Position numbers and translations under genes: made by a program. From Microcoleus sp. (GTDB lineage Bacteria > Cyanobacteriota > Cyanobacteriia > Cyanobacteriales > Microcoleaceae): DNA of 64,000 bases. This document shows positions 40,796-51,010 of this stretch, piece by piece; position 1 is the first letter of the stretch, and each line of letters starts with the position of its first letter. The stretch spans positions 64,001-128,000 of the forward strand of contig JAYFMW010000006.1 of assembly GCA_042408215.1 (NCBI GenBank), written 5' to 3'. Below the pieces are notes generated by a model. That model had not been told where the DNA came from and made no database searches. It saw only the letters and a program-made list of their open reading frames with translations.

Positions 40796-42640
40796 ATGCA
40801 AATTCAGTTTGATGTAGTGATTATTGGTAGTGGGGCAGGCGGTTCACCCATTGCTCATACGTTGGTGAAAGCGGGCAAATCAGTTCTTATTTTGGAAAAG
40901 GGGCCGTTGTTTAAACCGCAATATCAAACAGCAGATGGCTTGAGTGACTTTAAGCGAGATGAATTATTTGCCGATGGACCAGAAAAGCGAATTCAGTTTA
41001 AAAGCGTCGCCAACTACAACGAATCGTTTTACTCTAGTCATGTCGAGCCGGATATTAATGACGAGCCTCATATTTATCGTGGAGCTGATGGGCGAGATCG
41101 CGCCACGATTGAGGGTTATACCGCTCAAGTTGTTGGCGGTGGGACTCAGCTGTATGGAGGGGTATCGCTGCGATTTACGCCAACCGATCTGCGGCTGCAA
41201 AGTTTTAACGCAGGACGTACAGATTTGAAAGAAGATCCTAATGGAGATGTGCAGAGAGAGGCACGGGATTGGCCTGTGAGTTATGACGAGCTAGAACCCT
41301 ACTATGTAAAAGCAGAAGCCTTAGTAGGGCTAAATGGCACTGTTGAAAATCAGCTCAAGCCCTTTAGTCAAGACAGTTATCAGCCACCTCTGACTCCTAA
41401 CCCGATTAGCAGCTATGCCAAAACGGGGATGGAACAACTCGGTGCAGACCTAGGGAAGGGCAAGCCGATTAAGCCTTATCGGACACCACTAGCCGTGATT
41501 ACTCGCGATCATCCTCCCAGTGGACGCAAGGTGCCCGAGGATTTTGAGACACTCAAAACCAGTTATGTGAATCGATTTGGTTGTCCTTTAGGAGTCAAGT
41601 CGAACACCTGGGTATCCTTACTCAGTCCGATCGCCAATCAACCAAATTTTGAAATCCGCGCCAACTGCGTGGTGACCCATCTAAGTTGTCAGGGATCTCA
41701 GGTAAATCGAGTGTTCTACCGCGATCCTAGTGGTAAGGAGCGATTTGTTGAGGGCAAGGTGGTGGTGGTGGCCTGCTCGGCGATCGAATCAATCCGCTTG
41801 CTCAAGCTATCAGCACAGCTTAGTCCAGATTTTGATCGGCGCATCAATCAAAACGACTTGTTAGGAAAGCATTTTCTCACCCACTGTTTTGGCGGTGCTA
41901 GTGCGCTGATGCCTACCCGTAGCGATAAATCTCAGGCACTAGATGCAGACTGGGCGATCGATTGTTGTGCCACAGAAGGTTTTCTCAAAGATATGGGGCT
42001 GTGGGCTGGGGGGGCAATCTACAACAACACCTCCGACCAAGCTCTACCCATTTCGCTCGCACGAACCCAAGGTGCTCAAGATTTAGACACACTCTGGAAA
42101 GGCTTTATTGGTAACACAAGCTTAACTGGTCAAGCATTAGTAGACTTTTTGGATAAGCAAATCGGCAGGGGTTTATCCGTGAGTTTTATGGCTAATCAGG
42201 TGCCTCTTAAAACGAATCGGATCGAATTACATCCTTCCATTCAGGATAAATGGGGTCGTCCGGTAGCTTACATCATCAAGGAGTGGCACAGTCACGATCG
42301 CTACTTGATGGACACATTAGCCAAACAGTGCGGTCAAGTCCTGAAACTGGGTGGCGAAGGTATCGCGGGTGAGTTTCCGTTTGAGTTTTTAGGCGGAGGT
42401 GGGGTGTACCAAGCCGAGAATGCCCTAGCTCGAATTGCTAACCATATTTTAGGTGGAGCAAGGTTTGGGATTGATCGCAATGACTCGGTGCTCGATCGCA
42501 ACTGTCGAGCTTGGGATTTTGATAATCTCTACGTCACTGATGGATCGTTTATGCCCACATCTGGGGGCGCGAACCCCACTCTGACTATTCAGGCTAATGC
42601 TTTTCGCGTTGCAGACCAGATATTAACTGCCTTACCCTAA
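40796..42640 (+). CDS. GMC family FAD-dependent oxidoreductase
   Basis: VIIGSGAGG, LILEKG, VGGGT, WPVSYDELEPYY, NHILGGARFG, NLYVTDGSFMPTSGGANPTLTI. Confidence 0.93.
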   Translation: MQIQFDVVIIGSGAGGSPIAHTLVKAGKSVLILEKGPLFKPQYQTADGLSDFKRDELFADGPEKRIQFKSVANYNESFYSSHVEPDINDEPHIYRGADGRDRATIEGYTAQVVGGGTQLYGGVSLRFTPTDLRLQSFNAGRTDLKEDPNGDVQREARDWPVSYDELEPYYVKAEALVGLNGTVENQLKPFSQDSYQPPLTPNPISSYAKTGMEQLGADLGKGKPIKPYRTPLAVITRDHPPSGRKVPEDFETLKTSYVNRFGCPLGVKSNTWVSLLSPIANQPNFEIRANCVVTHLSCQGSQVNRVFYRDPSGKERFVEGKVVVVACSAIESIRLLKLSAQLSPDFDRRINQNDLLGKHFLTHCFGGASALMPTRSDKSQALDADWAIDCCATEGFLKDMGLWAGGAIYNNTSDQALPISLARTQGAQDLDTLWKGFIGNTSLTGQALVDFLDKQIGRGLSVSFMANQVPLKTNRIELHPSIQDKWGRPVAYIIKEWHSHDRYLMDTLAKQCGQVLKLGGEGIAGEFPFEFLGGGGVYQAENALARIANHILGGARFGIDRNDSVLDRNCRAWDFDNLYVTDGSFMPTSGGANPTLTIQANAFRVADQILTALP

Positions 42641-42658
42641 ACCAAAGGAGATAAACTC

Positions 42659-43825
42659 ATGGATATAGCTAATCAGAAGATTGCCGATGGTAAGTTTAAT
42701 GATCGATTCACCGCGCCTTGGAATGAAATTTTTAAGGTCGTTTTTTTCCCAGACCGAATTTATCATGCGGAATATCTGAATGCAACCCGAAGTGCTCGCT
42801 ATCGTTATAACGTGCAGGAAGTTAGAAACTACCTAGATATTAATGTTATTAAGGGAGAAGTTTACCTAGACGGGCAATTTCTCACTAACTTTCTGCGATT
42901 GGAATATACATCGAAACGTCTTGTCGAGCAGGCTCGTGGAAAAAATCGGTTTATCAAGAACAGTGTAATTGCCTGGGTTAAATTGCTACCCATCAACTCT
43001 CAGAATATCGCTGAAGCTAGGGTAAAACTTAACTATTGCCCTTGGATTGATGCCTACCAAGTTGAAATTTGGGAGACTTTAGAGCCTCCAGGGACTACCC
43101 ACCACGATTTCCAAATTTTGGATCAAATGGGACGCGAAGGGTCAATTACGCGAGTAGGGGCATTTAATCCTGCACTGCGTGCAGTTAAGGCGATCAAGCA
43201 GGTAGAACTAGCGTTTAGAGAAAATGATCGGAATTTGCCCACTGGGTATCCAGTTAGCGATGACCAAGCTTGCTGGGACAATGCCTACTTGCGATCGCAC
43301 CAGGAGCCACGCACCCAAGACCCTAGCTCTTCCCAAAATACCATCTTGGATCAAAACTACCTGATCGATTTCCAGCGAGGTTGGTTTTTACAGGCATCAG
43401 ATATTTTACCCGTACGTTACCGCAATGCGATGATGGACGACACTAACCCTGACATCAAGGATGACAACATCATTGAAATGCGATGGATTATACAGCGAGA
43501 ATTGGGTGGTTCAAATATCTTTTTCCATGAGGTCACTATTCCACCAGGCACAGTAGAAGGAACTCATCAGCATATCGGTACCGAAGAACTCTACTACATC
43601 ACTCAAGGCGAGGGGATTGCATACATGCGTGTTGGTGACGATCCTGCTACAGATTCTTTCCCAACCGTCACTCGGAATGTTATGGGACTGGGCGAACGCG
43701 ACTTTAAAAAGCTTCCGGTCAAGGCAGGGAGTGTCATTTTCACTAAAAGCGGCGGAATGCATGGTATCAGCAATCCTGGTACCGAACCACTGAAATTTGT
43801 AGCGTTTTTGTATCACACTTCTTGA
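42659..43825 (+). CDS. Cupin domain protein with a large N-terminal extension
   Basis: C-terminal EGTHQHIGTEELYYITQGEG...GGMHGISNPG. Confidence 0.85.
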   Translation: MDIANQKIADGKFNDRFTAPWNEIFKVVFFPDRIYHAEYLNATRSARYRYNVQEVRNYLDINVIKGEVYLDGQFLTNFLRLEYTSKRLVEQARGKNRFIKNSVIAWVKLLPINSQNIAEARVKLNYCPWIDAYQVEIWETLEPPGTTHHDFQILDQMGREGSITRVGAFNPALRAVKAIKQVELAFRENDRNLPTGYPVSDDQACWDNAYLRSHQEPRTQDPSSSQNTILDQNYLIDFQRGWFLQASDILPVRYRNAMMDDTNPDIKDDNIIEMRWIIQRELGGSNIFFHEVTIPPGTVEGTHQHIGTEELYYITQGEGIAYMRVGDDPATDSFPTVTRNVMGLGERDFKKLPVKAGSVIFTKSGGMHGISNPGTEPLKFVAFLYHTS

Positions 43826-43855
43826 CCTTATTTTCCCTTTTTACCAAGAATTACC

Positions 43856-45106
43856 ATGTTTATAGTTCACTCTGATAATGTCTTTAAAGTTGAACCAAAT
43901 ACTTCCCCAGACTACAACCGAAGTAATCCATTAATGAAACTTCTGGGACTGCTCGAAAAAGCACAACTTGCTGCCCAACGAGACTTTTACCTTGCCGATC
44001 AACTTCAGTATCTCTTTCCTTTTAAATCCCTGATTTCGTGGGGACCTCAGGGATTAGACGCTGATAATCTAACTCCTGAAAAGCAGGATAACAAAAACGA
44101 TTTTCAAAAGCAAAACGTCAAGGATTTTGAGACCACCGATACTGTGTTAATTCGGGGATTGGTCAACGTTGGTGGCTGGACGGGACCTTTTTTGCGCGTC
44201 TCCTATCGAGGCGGTCCCGATTCTAAACTTTCGGTGGCAGCTAACCACCAGCTTGGGGAAAGTATCAAACTCTTCATTAAGATTGCTGGAGTACCATCAA
44301 CCACCCTGATTACGGTGCCCTACAATCCACTTAGCGCTCGCTATGAAGTTGAATTCTGGGGCTACCCTGGTAACGACCTTAGAAGTCAGCTTGATGGGAA
44401 AAGCCTAATAGCCTTTGATCGAGGTGAACTCCAAGTACGAACAGATTTAGTCCATGGAAGCATTTCAGACTTTAGTCGAGAAAAACTTGATGGGCGTACA
44501 ATGGTCGAAGTTTCCCCTACTAATACCATGCATCCGGTTCTCCCTCTGCATATTGAGCTTGCTTGGACTACCACAGATACAAAAGTATGGGACTCGCAAG
44601 ACAGTGCTAATTACCACTATGAATTTAATATGATTTTAAGGGGGTGGGAACACTTTTTAGGAACAGGCATTAGTCCTAATCCTCATGGTGGCATTGGTTT
44701 TCTAGAATATCGTAACCTAATGTCTAACTACTTTCAGCATGCCAAAAATAATGAACTGGGACGACCACTTAACCCTTGGAGCTTCAATGCTTTTGGCTCA
44801 AAGAACCATGGTAATGGCTTCGAGCCATTTTTTGCAGTGGATTATATGGATATCCATCTACTAAAGGGTAACTGTGGAATTGGATTACACCGCCACCGCG
44901 ATAACCAAGAAGTATTTTTGATGATGGAAGGGAAGGGATTTATGGTGATCGGAGATTGGTGCAAGATGCCCGAACGCGAGCGTTGTTTTGAAATCAGAAC
45001 CCTTCGGTCTGGACATTTTGCCATGTTGAAGGGTGGCAATCTCCATGCCCTCATGAATGCAACGGATGAAGATATTTCTCTGTTCATGTTTGGAGGGTAT
45101 GACTAA
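43856..45106 (+). CDS. Cupin domain protein with a large N-terminal extension
   Basis: C-terminal IGLHRHRDNQEVFLMMEGKG...GGNLHALMN. Confidence 0.85.
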   Translation: MFIVHSDNVFKVEPNTSPDYNRSNPLMKLLGLLEKAQLAAQRDFYLADQLQYLFPFKSLISWGPQGLDADNLTPEKQDNKNDFQKQNVKDFETTDTVLIRGLVNVGGWTGPFLRVSYRGGPDSKLSVAANHQLGESIKLFIKIAGVPSTTLITVPYNPLSARYEVEFWGYPGNDLRSQLDGKSLIAFDRGELQVRTDLVHGSISDFSREKLDGRTMVEVSPTNTMHPVLPLHIELAWTTTDTKVWDSQDSANYHYEFNMILRGWEHFLGTGISPNPHGGIGFLEYRNLMSNYFQHAKNNELGRPLNPWSFNAFGSKNHGNGFEPFFAVDYMDIHLLKGNCGIGLHRHRDNQEVFLMMEGKGFMVIGDWCKMPERERCFEIRTLRSGHFAMLKGGNLHALMNATDEDISLFMFGGYD

Positions 45107-45185
45107 GCGAATTCATGTACAAATTGGACTCAGACTTTGAAACAGTGAGAGTCATTTACTAATTGCAAATAGAGAGGTATTTATT

Positions 45186-47006
45186 GTGGCTTCTTCTCAG
45201 TCCGGTATGGGAGCAATCCCTTTTTCAGGTGGTGTGGCATTTCGTGTCTGGGCACCTAACGTCGATGGTGTTAGTGTTGCAGGTGACTTTAACGGTTGGT
45301 CTTCTTCAGCTCACTCGTTAGACTCGGAAGGTAATGGATTCTGGTCTGCTGATGTACCTGTGGCAAAAATAGACCAGCAGTATAAGTTTGTTATTCATGA
45401 GGGAACTAACCCACCGATCTTTAAAAATGATCCCTATGCTAGAGATGTTGTCAGTTCAGTCGGCAACTCGATTATTGTTGATTTGAACTTTAACTGGTTA
45501 CCCACCAGTTTTTCGATGCCAACATGGAATGAATTGATTATCTATGAAATGCATGTGGGTACTTTTAATGATGATATTGACCCTGGGTTAGGAACTTTTC
45601 GGAGTATTAAGGCTAAGCTGCCTGATTTGCAGGCACTTGGAATCAATGCCATTCATGTGATGCCAGCAGCGGAGTTCCCTGGCGATTTGTCTTGGGGATA
45701 TAATCCATCCCATCCCTTTGCGATCGAGAGCGTGTTTGGTCCACCTAAAGACCTTAAGGAATTTGTCCAAACTGCTCATGATTTTGGAATTGCCATAATT
45801 ATGGATGTGGTTTTTAACCACTTCGGTGGTAATGATCTTGATTTGTGGCGATTTACAAGTTGGAACCAGAATGATAAAGGAGGCATTTACTTCTACAACG
45901 ATCGTCGAGATTTTACGCCTTGGGGACCTCGCCCCGATTACGGACGTGGAGAAGTACGCCAATACATCCGGGATAATGTTTGGATGTGGCTAGAAGAATA
46001 TCGTTGTGATGGACTGCGTTTTGATGCGACTGCCTTTATCCGCAATATTTTTGGCAACAATAATGATCCTGCCAATGATATCCCTGAAGGCTGGAACTTG
46101 ATGCAATGGCTTAACGATGAGATTAATTCTCGGCAATCTTGGAAAATTACAATTGCAGAAGACATAAGAAATAATGATTGGATCACTAAGGATGTAGGAG
46201 CAGGGGGAGCCGGCTTTGATGCCCAATGGGCAACAGAATTTGTCCGACCAATTAGAGATACACTTACCACCCCCAACGATCAAGATCGAAATATGTTTGC
46301 TGTTCGAGATGCCATTTATCATCGCTATGGCACGGATGCTTTTGAGCGAATCATTTATACTGAATCTCATGATGAAGTCGCTCGTTCGCTGAATCTACAA
46401 GAAAGACCCGACCATTATCGACTTCCAGAAGCAATCTGGCGAGGTCATGCAGATAGTTGGTTTGCTAGAAAGCGTTCAACTCTTGGGACTGCATTACTTT
46501 TTACAACTCCAGGAATCCCCATGATTTTTCAAGGGCAGGAGCTTTTAGAATGGGGAAGCTGGGATGATAAAACCCCCTTAGATTGGAGCAAAAAAAACCG
46601 ATTTAGTGGAATTTGGGATCTCTATCAGGCACTAATTCGCTTACGGCGTAACTGGTTTAACAATACTCGTGGACTTCGTGGCCAACATGTAAACGTATAC
46701 CATGTCAACAATAACGATAAAGTTATTGCTTTCCATCGTTGGGAAAATGGTGGACCGGGCGATGATGTAATTGTGGTGCTGAATTTTAGCGATCGCAATT
46801 ATAGCAGCTATACGATTGGATTCCCTCGGGGTGGAACTTGGTATATTCGTTTTAATAGCGATTGGCAAGGTTTTAGCTCAGACTTCGGAAACTTCCCAGG
46901 CTATAACACTACAGCCGATAGAGCAATATGGGGAGACACTGATGGATTAACTTTTGCAGGTAATGTAGGAATTGGTGCTTATAGTGCTCTTATACTTTCC
47001 CAGTAA
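45186..47006 (+). CDS. GH13 alpha-amylase family enzyme (CBM48-GH13; TreZ/GlgB-like)
   Basis: FRVWAPN, IYEMHVGTF, SWGYNP and catalytic regions DGLRFDA, IAED and ESHDE intact. GTG start after an AGAGG RBS. Confidence 0.92.
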   Translation: MASSQSGMGAIPFSGGVAFRVWAPNVDGVSVAGDFNGWSSSAHSLDSEGNGFWSADVPVAKIDQQYKFVIHEGTNPPIFKNDPYARDVVSSVGNSIIVDLNFNWLPTSFSMPTWNELIIYEMHVGTFNDDIDPGLGTFRSIKAKLPDLQALGINAIHVMPAAEFPGDLSWGYNPSHPFAIESVFGPPKDLKEFVQTAHDFGIAIIMDVVFNHFGGNDLDLWRFTSWNQNDKGGIYFYNDRRDFTPWGPRPDYGRGEVRQYIRDNVWMWLEEYRCDGLRFDATAFIRNIFGNNNDPANDIPEGWNLMQWLNDEINSRQSWKITIAEDIRNNDWITKDVGAGGAGFDAQWATEFVRPIRDTLTTPNDQDRNMFAVRDAIYHRYGTDAFERIIYTESHDEVARSLNLQERPDHYRLPEAIWRGHADSWFARKRSTLGTALLFTTPGIPMIFQGQELLEWGSWDDKTPLDWSKKNRFSGIWDLYQALIRLRRNWFNNTRGLRGQHVNVYHVNNNDKVIAFHRWENGGPGDDVIVVLNFSDRNYSSYTIGFPRGGTWYIRFNSDWQGFSSDFGNFPGYNTTADRAIWGDTDGLTFAGNVGIGAYSALILSQ

Positions 47007-47078
47007 TCCAATGAAACGGATAATCAAACAAATTCGGGAAATTGCCGCAAGCTAACCAGGCGTTGGAGCCGACCGATG

Positions 47079-47213
47079 ATATCAAATCCGGTAGCATCGG
47101 AATTAATATTACCCACAGCCAGGGACAAGACAGTCGTGTCCCTACAATTAATCGCGGTAGGGACACGACTGCCTTGTCACTCTATATTATTCCGGTGCAA
47201 CCGGAATTGATAT
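47079..47213. mobile_element. MITE with IS630-type TIRs enclosing two REP hairpins
   Basis: ATATCAAATCCGGTAGCATCGGAATTAATAT ... ATATTATTCCGGTGCAACCGGAATTGATAT, closely matching the TIR at 37065. Confidence 0.8.
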
Positions 47214-47291
47214 TACTCGATCGCGCGAATTGTTCTAGTCAAAAAATGATTGTCCGATCGCGCCGATCATTCCCCGGACTTGAGATCAACC

Positions 47292-48581
47292 CTACAAAAC
47301 CTTTGTCAAGTCTTGATAATATCGATCGGCTTCCGACCAATTCATTTTAAGTAACAATTCATCTCCCCATTGCAGTTTGAGACTAGGCTTGATTGCTTCC
47401 ACACCCAAAGCACGAATAATCTCGCTACCCACAGCTTTCGCCAATAGCGGCGGCACAGAATTTCCAACTTGTCGAAATCCATGCCATTTTGTGCGGTGAA
47501 ATCTGAACCAATCAGGGTAAGAATGCAGCCGCGCGGCTTCCCTGACAGTGATGCAGCGAGGTGTTTGCGGGTGAATTGGTCTGGGAGAAGTAAAAGCGCC
47601 TCTACCCCTGTCAGTTCCGGCTCTGAGAGTGTTGCAAACTCCTTCAGGATGCAGCTTGTAAAAACGACTGATCGGCTCCTTTTCGCCCTGTGGAGTAGCA
47701 GCAAACCTTGCCATACATTCGGGGGAGTGTTGGGTTCGCCAACTTGAGGTGAGGATGCGTCGATCGAATTCTCGATCGTAAGAATAATCATCATCCAAGT
47801 AGTCAATTTGGCGCAGGATACTGGCGTAACTGCTGGACTTTCCGTACTCGGCAATTATCGAATCCCCGTACAATAACTCGCTATAGTTGTCCACTTCTGG
47901 CAAATCTCCAATGGCATCCCAAACTGTCGGGACCGCAGGTAAATTAGGAGCTTTTTTAGGGCGTTTTAAAATTTTAGTTTTTGCCTTCGCTCTGGGTAAG
48001 AAAGTAATGGGCTGAGGGTATTTTGGCAACTCATATTTTTTCTTGCATCCTATGAGAAATAATCTTTTGCGAGCTTGGGGTACTCCGTAGTGAGCGGCGT
48101 TGAGAACCTGATATTTTTCTTCTACTTGATAGCCGGATTCTAGAAAAGAGCTAATTAAAATATTGAGTAGTTGTTTATGTTCTCCTGCTGTGATTCCCGG
48201 CACATTTTCCATTACAAAAAACTTGGGTTTTAGTTCCAAAACCAAGCGGTGAAAGTGAAAAATCAGAGAATTTCGCGGGTCATCCACATCGCGCTTGCCC
48301 ATCAGTGAAAATCCTTGACAGGGCGAACCGCTGATTACTACGTCTATTTCGCGCCTGCCGATCGCCGAATTTTTCCGAATTTCCGAGCCGGTAAGCAGTG
48401 CCACATCTTTACACAAAATAGAACACATCGGGAAATTAAACTCGTGGGTAGCACAGTGAATTGGGTCAATTTCAACAGAAGCAAGTACATCAAAACCTGC
48501 TTGTTCAAAGCCCAGAGTCATGCCGCCGGCACCAGCAAATAAATCAACAGCGATCGGTCGCTTTTTCCGATTGCTTGACAT
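47292..48581 (-). CDS. Orphan C5 DNA cytosine methyltransferase
   Basis: DLFAGAGG, GSPCQGFS, MENV, QARKR, TVREAARL, QVGNSVPP. No adjacent restriction endonuclease. Confidence 0.95.
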   Translation of the reverse strand: MSSNRKKRPIAVDLFAGAGGMTLGFEQAGFDVLASVEIDPIHCATHEFNFPMCSILCKDVALLTGSEIRKNSAIGRREIDVVISGSPCQGFSLMGKRDVDDPRNSLIFHFHRLVLELKPKFFVMENVPGITAGEHKQLLNILISSFLESGYQVEEKYQVLNAAHYGVPQARKRLFLIGCKKKYELPKYPQPITFLPRAKAKTKILKRPKKAPNLPAVPTVWDAIGDLPEVDNYSELLYGDSIIAEYGKSSSYASILRQIDYLDDDYSYDREFDRRILTSSWRTQHSPECMARFAATPQGEKEPISRFYKLHPEGVCNTLRAGTDRGRGAFTSPRPIHPQTPRCITVREAARLHSYPDWFRFHRTKWHGFRQVGNSVPPLLAKAVGSEIIRALGVEAIKPSLKLQWGDELLLKMNWSEADRYYQDLTKVL

Positions 48582-48604
48582 AACCTTTTATCACTAAATA
48601 TATT

Positions 48605-49777
48605 TTAATTTGCTCTGTTTAATTTGAGATATTTCATGATTTCTGAAGCCGCGCGATCGCAGACGCCCACTTCTCCCAAATGTTCCCGCATTTCCCGATA
48701 ACCAGCTAAAGTTTGCTGCCGTCGATCGGCATTTAACAGCAATTCTACGGCGTGGGAAACTAGATTTTCCGCAGTCGCCTCATCTTGCAGTAATTCCGGT
48801 ACGATCGACTTCATTTGCACCAAATTGGGCGGGGACATAAAAGGAATCGAAAATTTGAGGATATGGCGGGCAATCCAAGCTGTAAGTGGACTGACACGGT
48901 AGGCGACAACTTGCGGAACGTCCAGCAAAGCTATCTCCAAATTAACAGTACCAGATTTAGTAATAGCGAGATCGGCAGCAGCTAAGATTTCCAGCGTTTG
49001 ATTGTCTAAAAGGGTAGCCCGCAAGCCATAATGCTCGATCGCCCGTTCGATCGCGCCGCGGTATACTTCCAGAGCCAGCGGAATCCAGAAATGAACTTGA
49101 GGCAATTTAGCTTGAATAATTTGAGCAGCCTCAAATATGACAGGCATCAGGTAGGACAGTTCTTGGCGTCTAGAGGCGGGAATTAGGGCGATAGACACCT
49201 GTTCCGGCGTAATTCCCAAAGTTTTGCGGGCAACTTCGCGGCTGGGCGCAGACTGCATTCTATCCACCAATGGATGACCAACCCAACTGACTTGAGCGCC
49301 TTTTTTTTCAAAATAACGAGCTTCTTCGGGAAAAATTGCTAATATGCGATCGCAAATATTGACAATCAAAGAAGTATTGCGAGGAGAAAGCGACCAAACC
49401 CACTCTTGAGGAGCAATGAACCAAAGCACAGGTAGCGAAGGCAAACAGCGGCGGATGTAGCTACCAATACCAAGATTTGGAGTTAAATAATCAATCAATA
49501 CAACCGCATCGGGAGGGAATTGTTTCAAGTATTCTTTAGCTTTTTGCTGAACTTTTATAGTTGGCCAAATATACGGCAGTGATTCTATAATTCCCATCGA
49601 ACCAATGCCCACAGTATCGGCTAAAATAGTAGCGCCAGCTTCCGCCATCCGCAGGCCGCCCAATCCGACAATTTCTAACTCTAAACCAGCGGCCACAGCT
49701 TGACGTTTTAGGGCATCAACTAACAAAGCCCCTTGCAAATCGCCAGAAACCTCACCAGTGCTAATAAAAATTTTCAT
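48605..49777 (-). CDS. lpxB: Lipid-A-disaccharide synthase
   Basis: MKIFISTGEVSGDLQG (likely start 49777), APQEWVW, VGHPL, KSGTVNLE. Confidence 0.95.
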   Translation of the reverse strand: MKIFISTGEVSGDLQGALLVDALKRQAVAAGLELEIVGLGGLRMAEAGATILADTVGIGSMGIIESLPYIWPTIKVQQKAKEYLKQFPPDAVVLIDYLTPNLGIGSYIRRCLPSLPVLWFIAPQEWVWSLSPRNTSLIVNICDRILAIFPEEARYFEKKGAQVSWVGHPLVDRMQSAPSREVARKTLGITPEQVSIALIPASRRQELSYLMPVIFEAAQIIQAKLPQVHFWIPLALEVYRGAIERAIEHYGLRATLLDNQTLEILAAADLAITKSGTVNLEIALLDVPQVVAYRVSPLTAWIARHILKFSIPFMSPPNLVQMKSIVPELLQDEATAENLVSHAVELLLNADRRQQTLAGYREMREHLGEVGVCDRAASEIMKYLKLNRAN

Positions 49778-49969
49778 AAAATCCTCAATATCCTCGGTAA
49801 GGTGCGTCATAAAAAAACTGTTTGAGCTGAGTCAAGGCTTAAAACTGACGCACCCTACAGCTTCCTTCTTTTTCTTTTTCTTCTTCTACCTCTTCCTTCG
49901 TGTCATAAGCGTCTTCGCGGTTCAATAATCCTAATTCTTCAGACCCGAAAGAAGTAATATAAGCCTCAT

Positions 49970-50764
49970 TCACTTTTTCCCAGGAATCAAGCCGCGTCGA
50001 GGTTTAGTGACAGACTCTTGTACAAATGTCCGCAGGTGCTGCAAGTGGGGGTTTTCCGGCAATAAATCCAACTGTTCCAAAGCTTGATTTAGGGTATAGC
50101 CCGATCGATATAGAATCCGAAAAGTCTTCTTCAACAGTTCTAAATCTTCTGCTGTCAAACCAGCGCGTTGCAGACCAATTTTGTTAAGCGATCGCACTCT
50201 GGAAGGATTGCCCTCGACTAACATATAAGGAGGGACATCTCGATCGATTCTGCTCAAGCCGCCCACCATAGACAAGCGGCCGATATGCACAAACTGGTGA
50301 ACCCCCAAAACACCGCTCAATCGAGCCTGAGACTCGATCTTAACGTGTCCGGCCAAAGCCACAGCATTAGCAATAATTACTTGATCGGCGATCGAACAAT
50401 TGTGACCCACATGAACATAAGCCATCAATAAATTATGATTGCCGATCGTCGTGCTTTCCCCAGGTTGAGTAGCCCGATTAATTGTCACATATTCCCGAAT
50501 CAAATTATCATCGCCAATATTCACCCTAGTTAGAGAACCCTGATACTTTAAATCTTGAGGTTCCAAACCAATAGCCGCACCGGGAAAAATTTGATTGCGA
50601 GCGCCTATTTCTGTTAGCCCATCAATAATTGCATGAGCACCAATCTTAGTTTGTGGCCCGATTTTAACTCTTTCCCCAATTACAGCATAAGCTCCCACTT
50701 CTACAGTCGAGTGAAGTTCAGCGCGGGGATGAATCACAGCAGTTGGGTGAATCAAAGTAAGCAT
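49970..50764 (-). CDS. lpxA: Acyl-ACP--UDP-N-acetylglucosamine O-acyltransferase
   Basis: IHPTAVI hexapeptide repeats, PQDLKY, IREYVTINRAT, HVGHNC. Confidence 0.96.
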   Translation of the reverse strand: MLTLIHPTAVIHPRAELHSTVEVGAYAVIGERVKIGPQTKIGAHAIIDGLTEIGARNQIFPGAAIGLEPQDLKYQGSLTRVNIGDDNLIREYVTINRATQPGESTTIGNHNLLMAYVHVGHNCSIADQVIIANAVALAGHVKIESQARLSGVLGVHQFVHIGRLSMVGGLSRIDRDVPPYMLVEGNPSRVRSLNKIGLQRAGLTAEDLELLKKTFRILYRSGYTLNQALEQLDLLPENPHLQHLRTFVQESVTKPRRGLIPGKK

Positions 50765-50769
50765 TTGTT

Positions 50770-51010
50770 ATTAGTCAGTAGTCAGTAGTCAGTAGTCATT
50801 AGTCAGTAGTCATTAGTCATTAGTCAGTAGTCAGTAGTCAGTAGTCATTAGTCAGTAGTCAGTAGTCAGTAGTCATTAGTCAGTAGTCATTAGTCAGTAG
50901 TCATTAGTCAGTTGGCTGTTATTAGCTGCTAATTAGTCATTACGAATTAGCCATGCCCAATTCCCAATTCCCACTTCCCAATTCCCAATTCCCAATTCCC
51001 AATTCCCAAT
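50770..51010. repeat. STRR tracts (AGTCAGT/AGTCATT and CCCAATT)
   Basis: Tandem heptamers fill the fabZ-lpxA spacer. Confidence 0.9.

Noticed and set aside
39699..47006. Claim of recent horizontal acquisition from base composition
   Set aside because: HIP1 and near-HIP1 sites occur within the operon (e.g. 43291, 46788), and I cannot compute composition statistics by eye.
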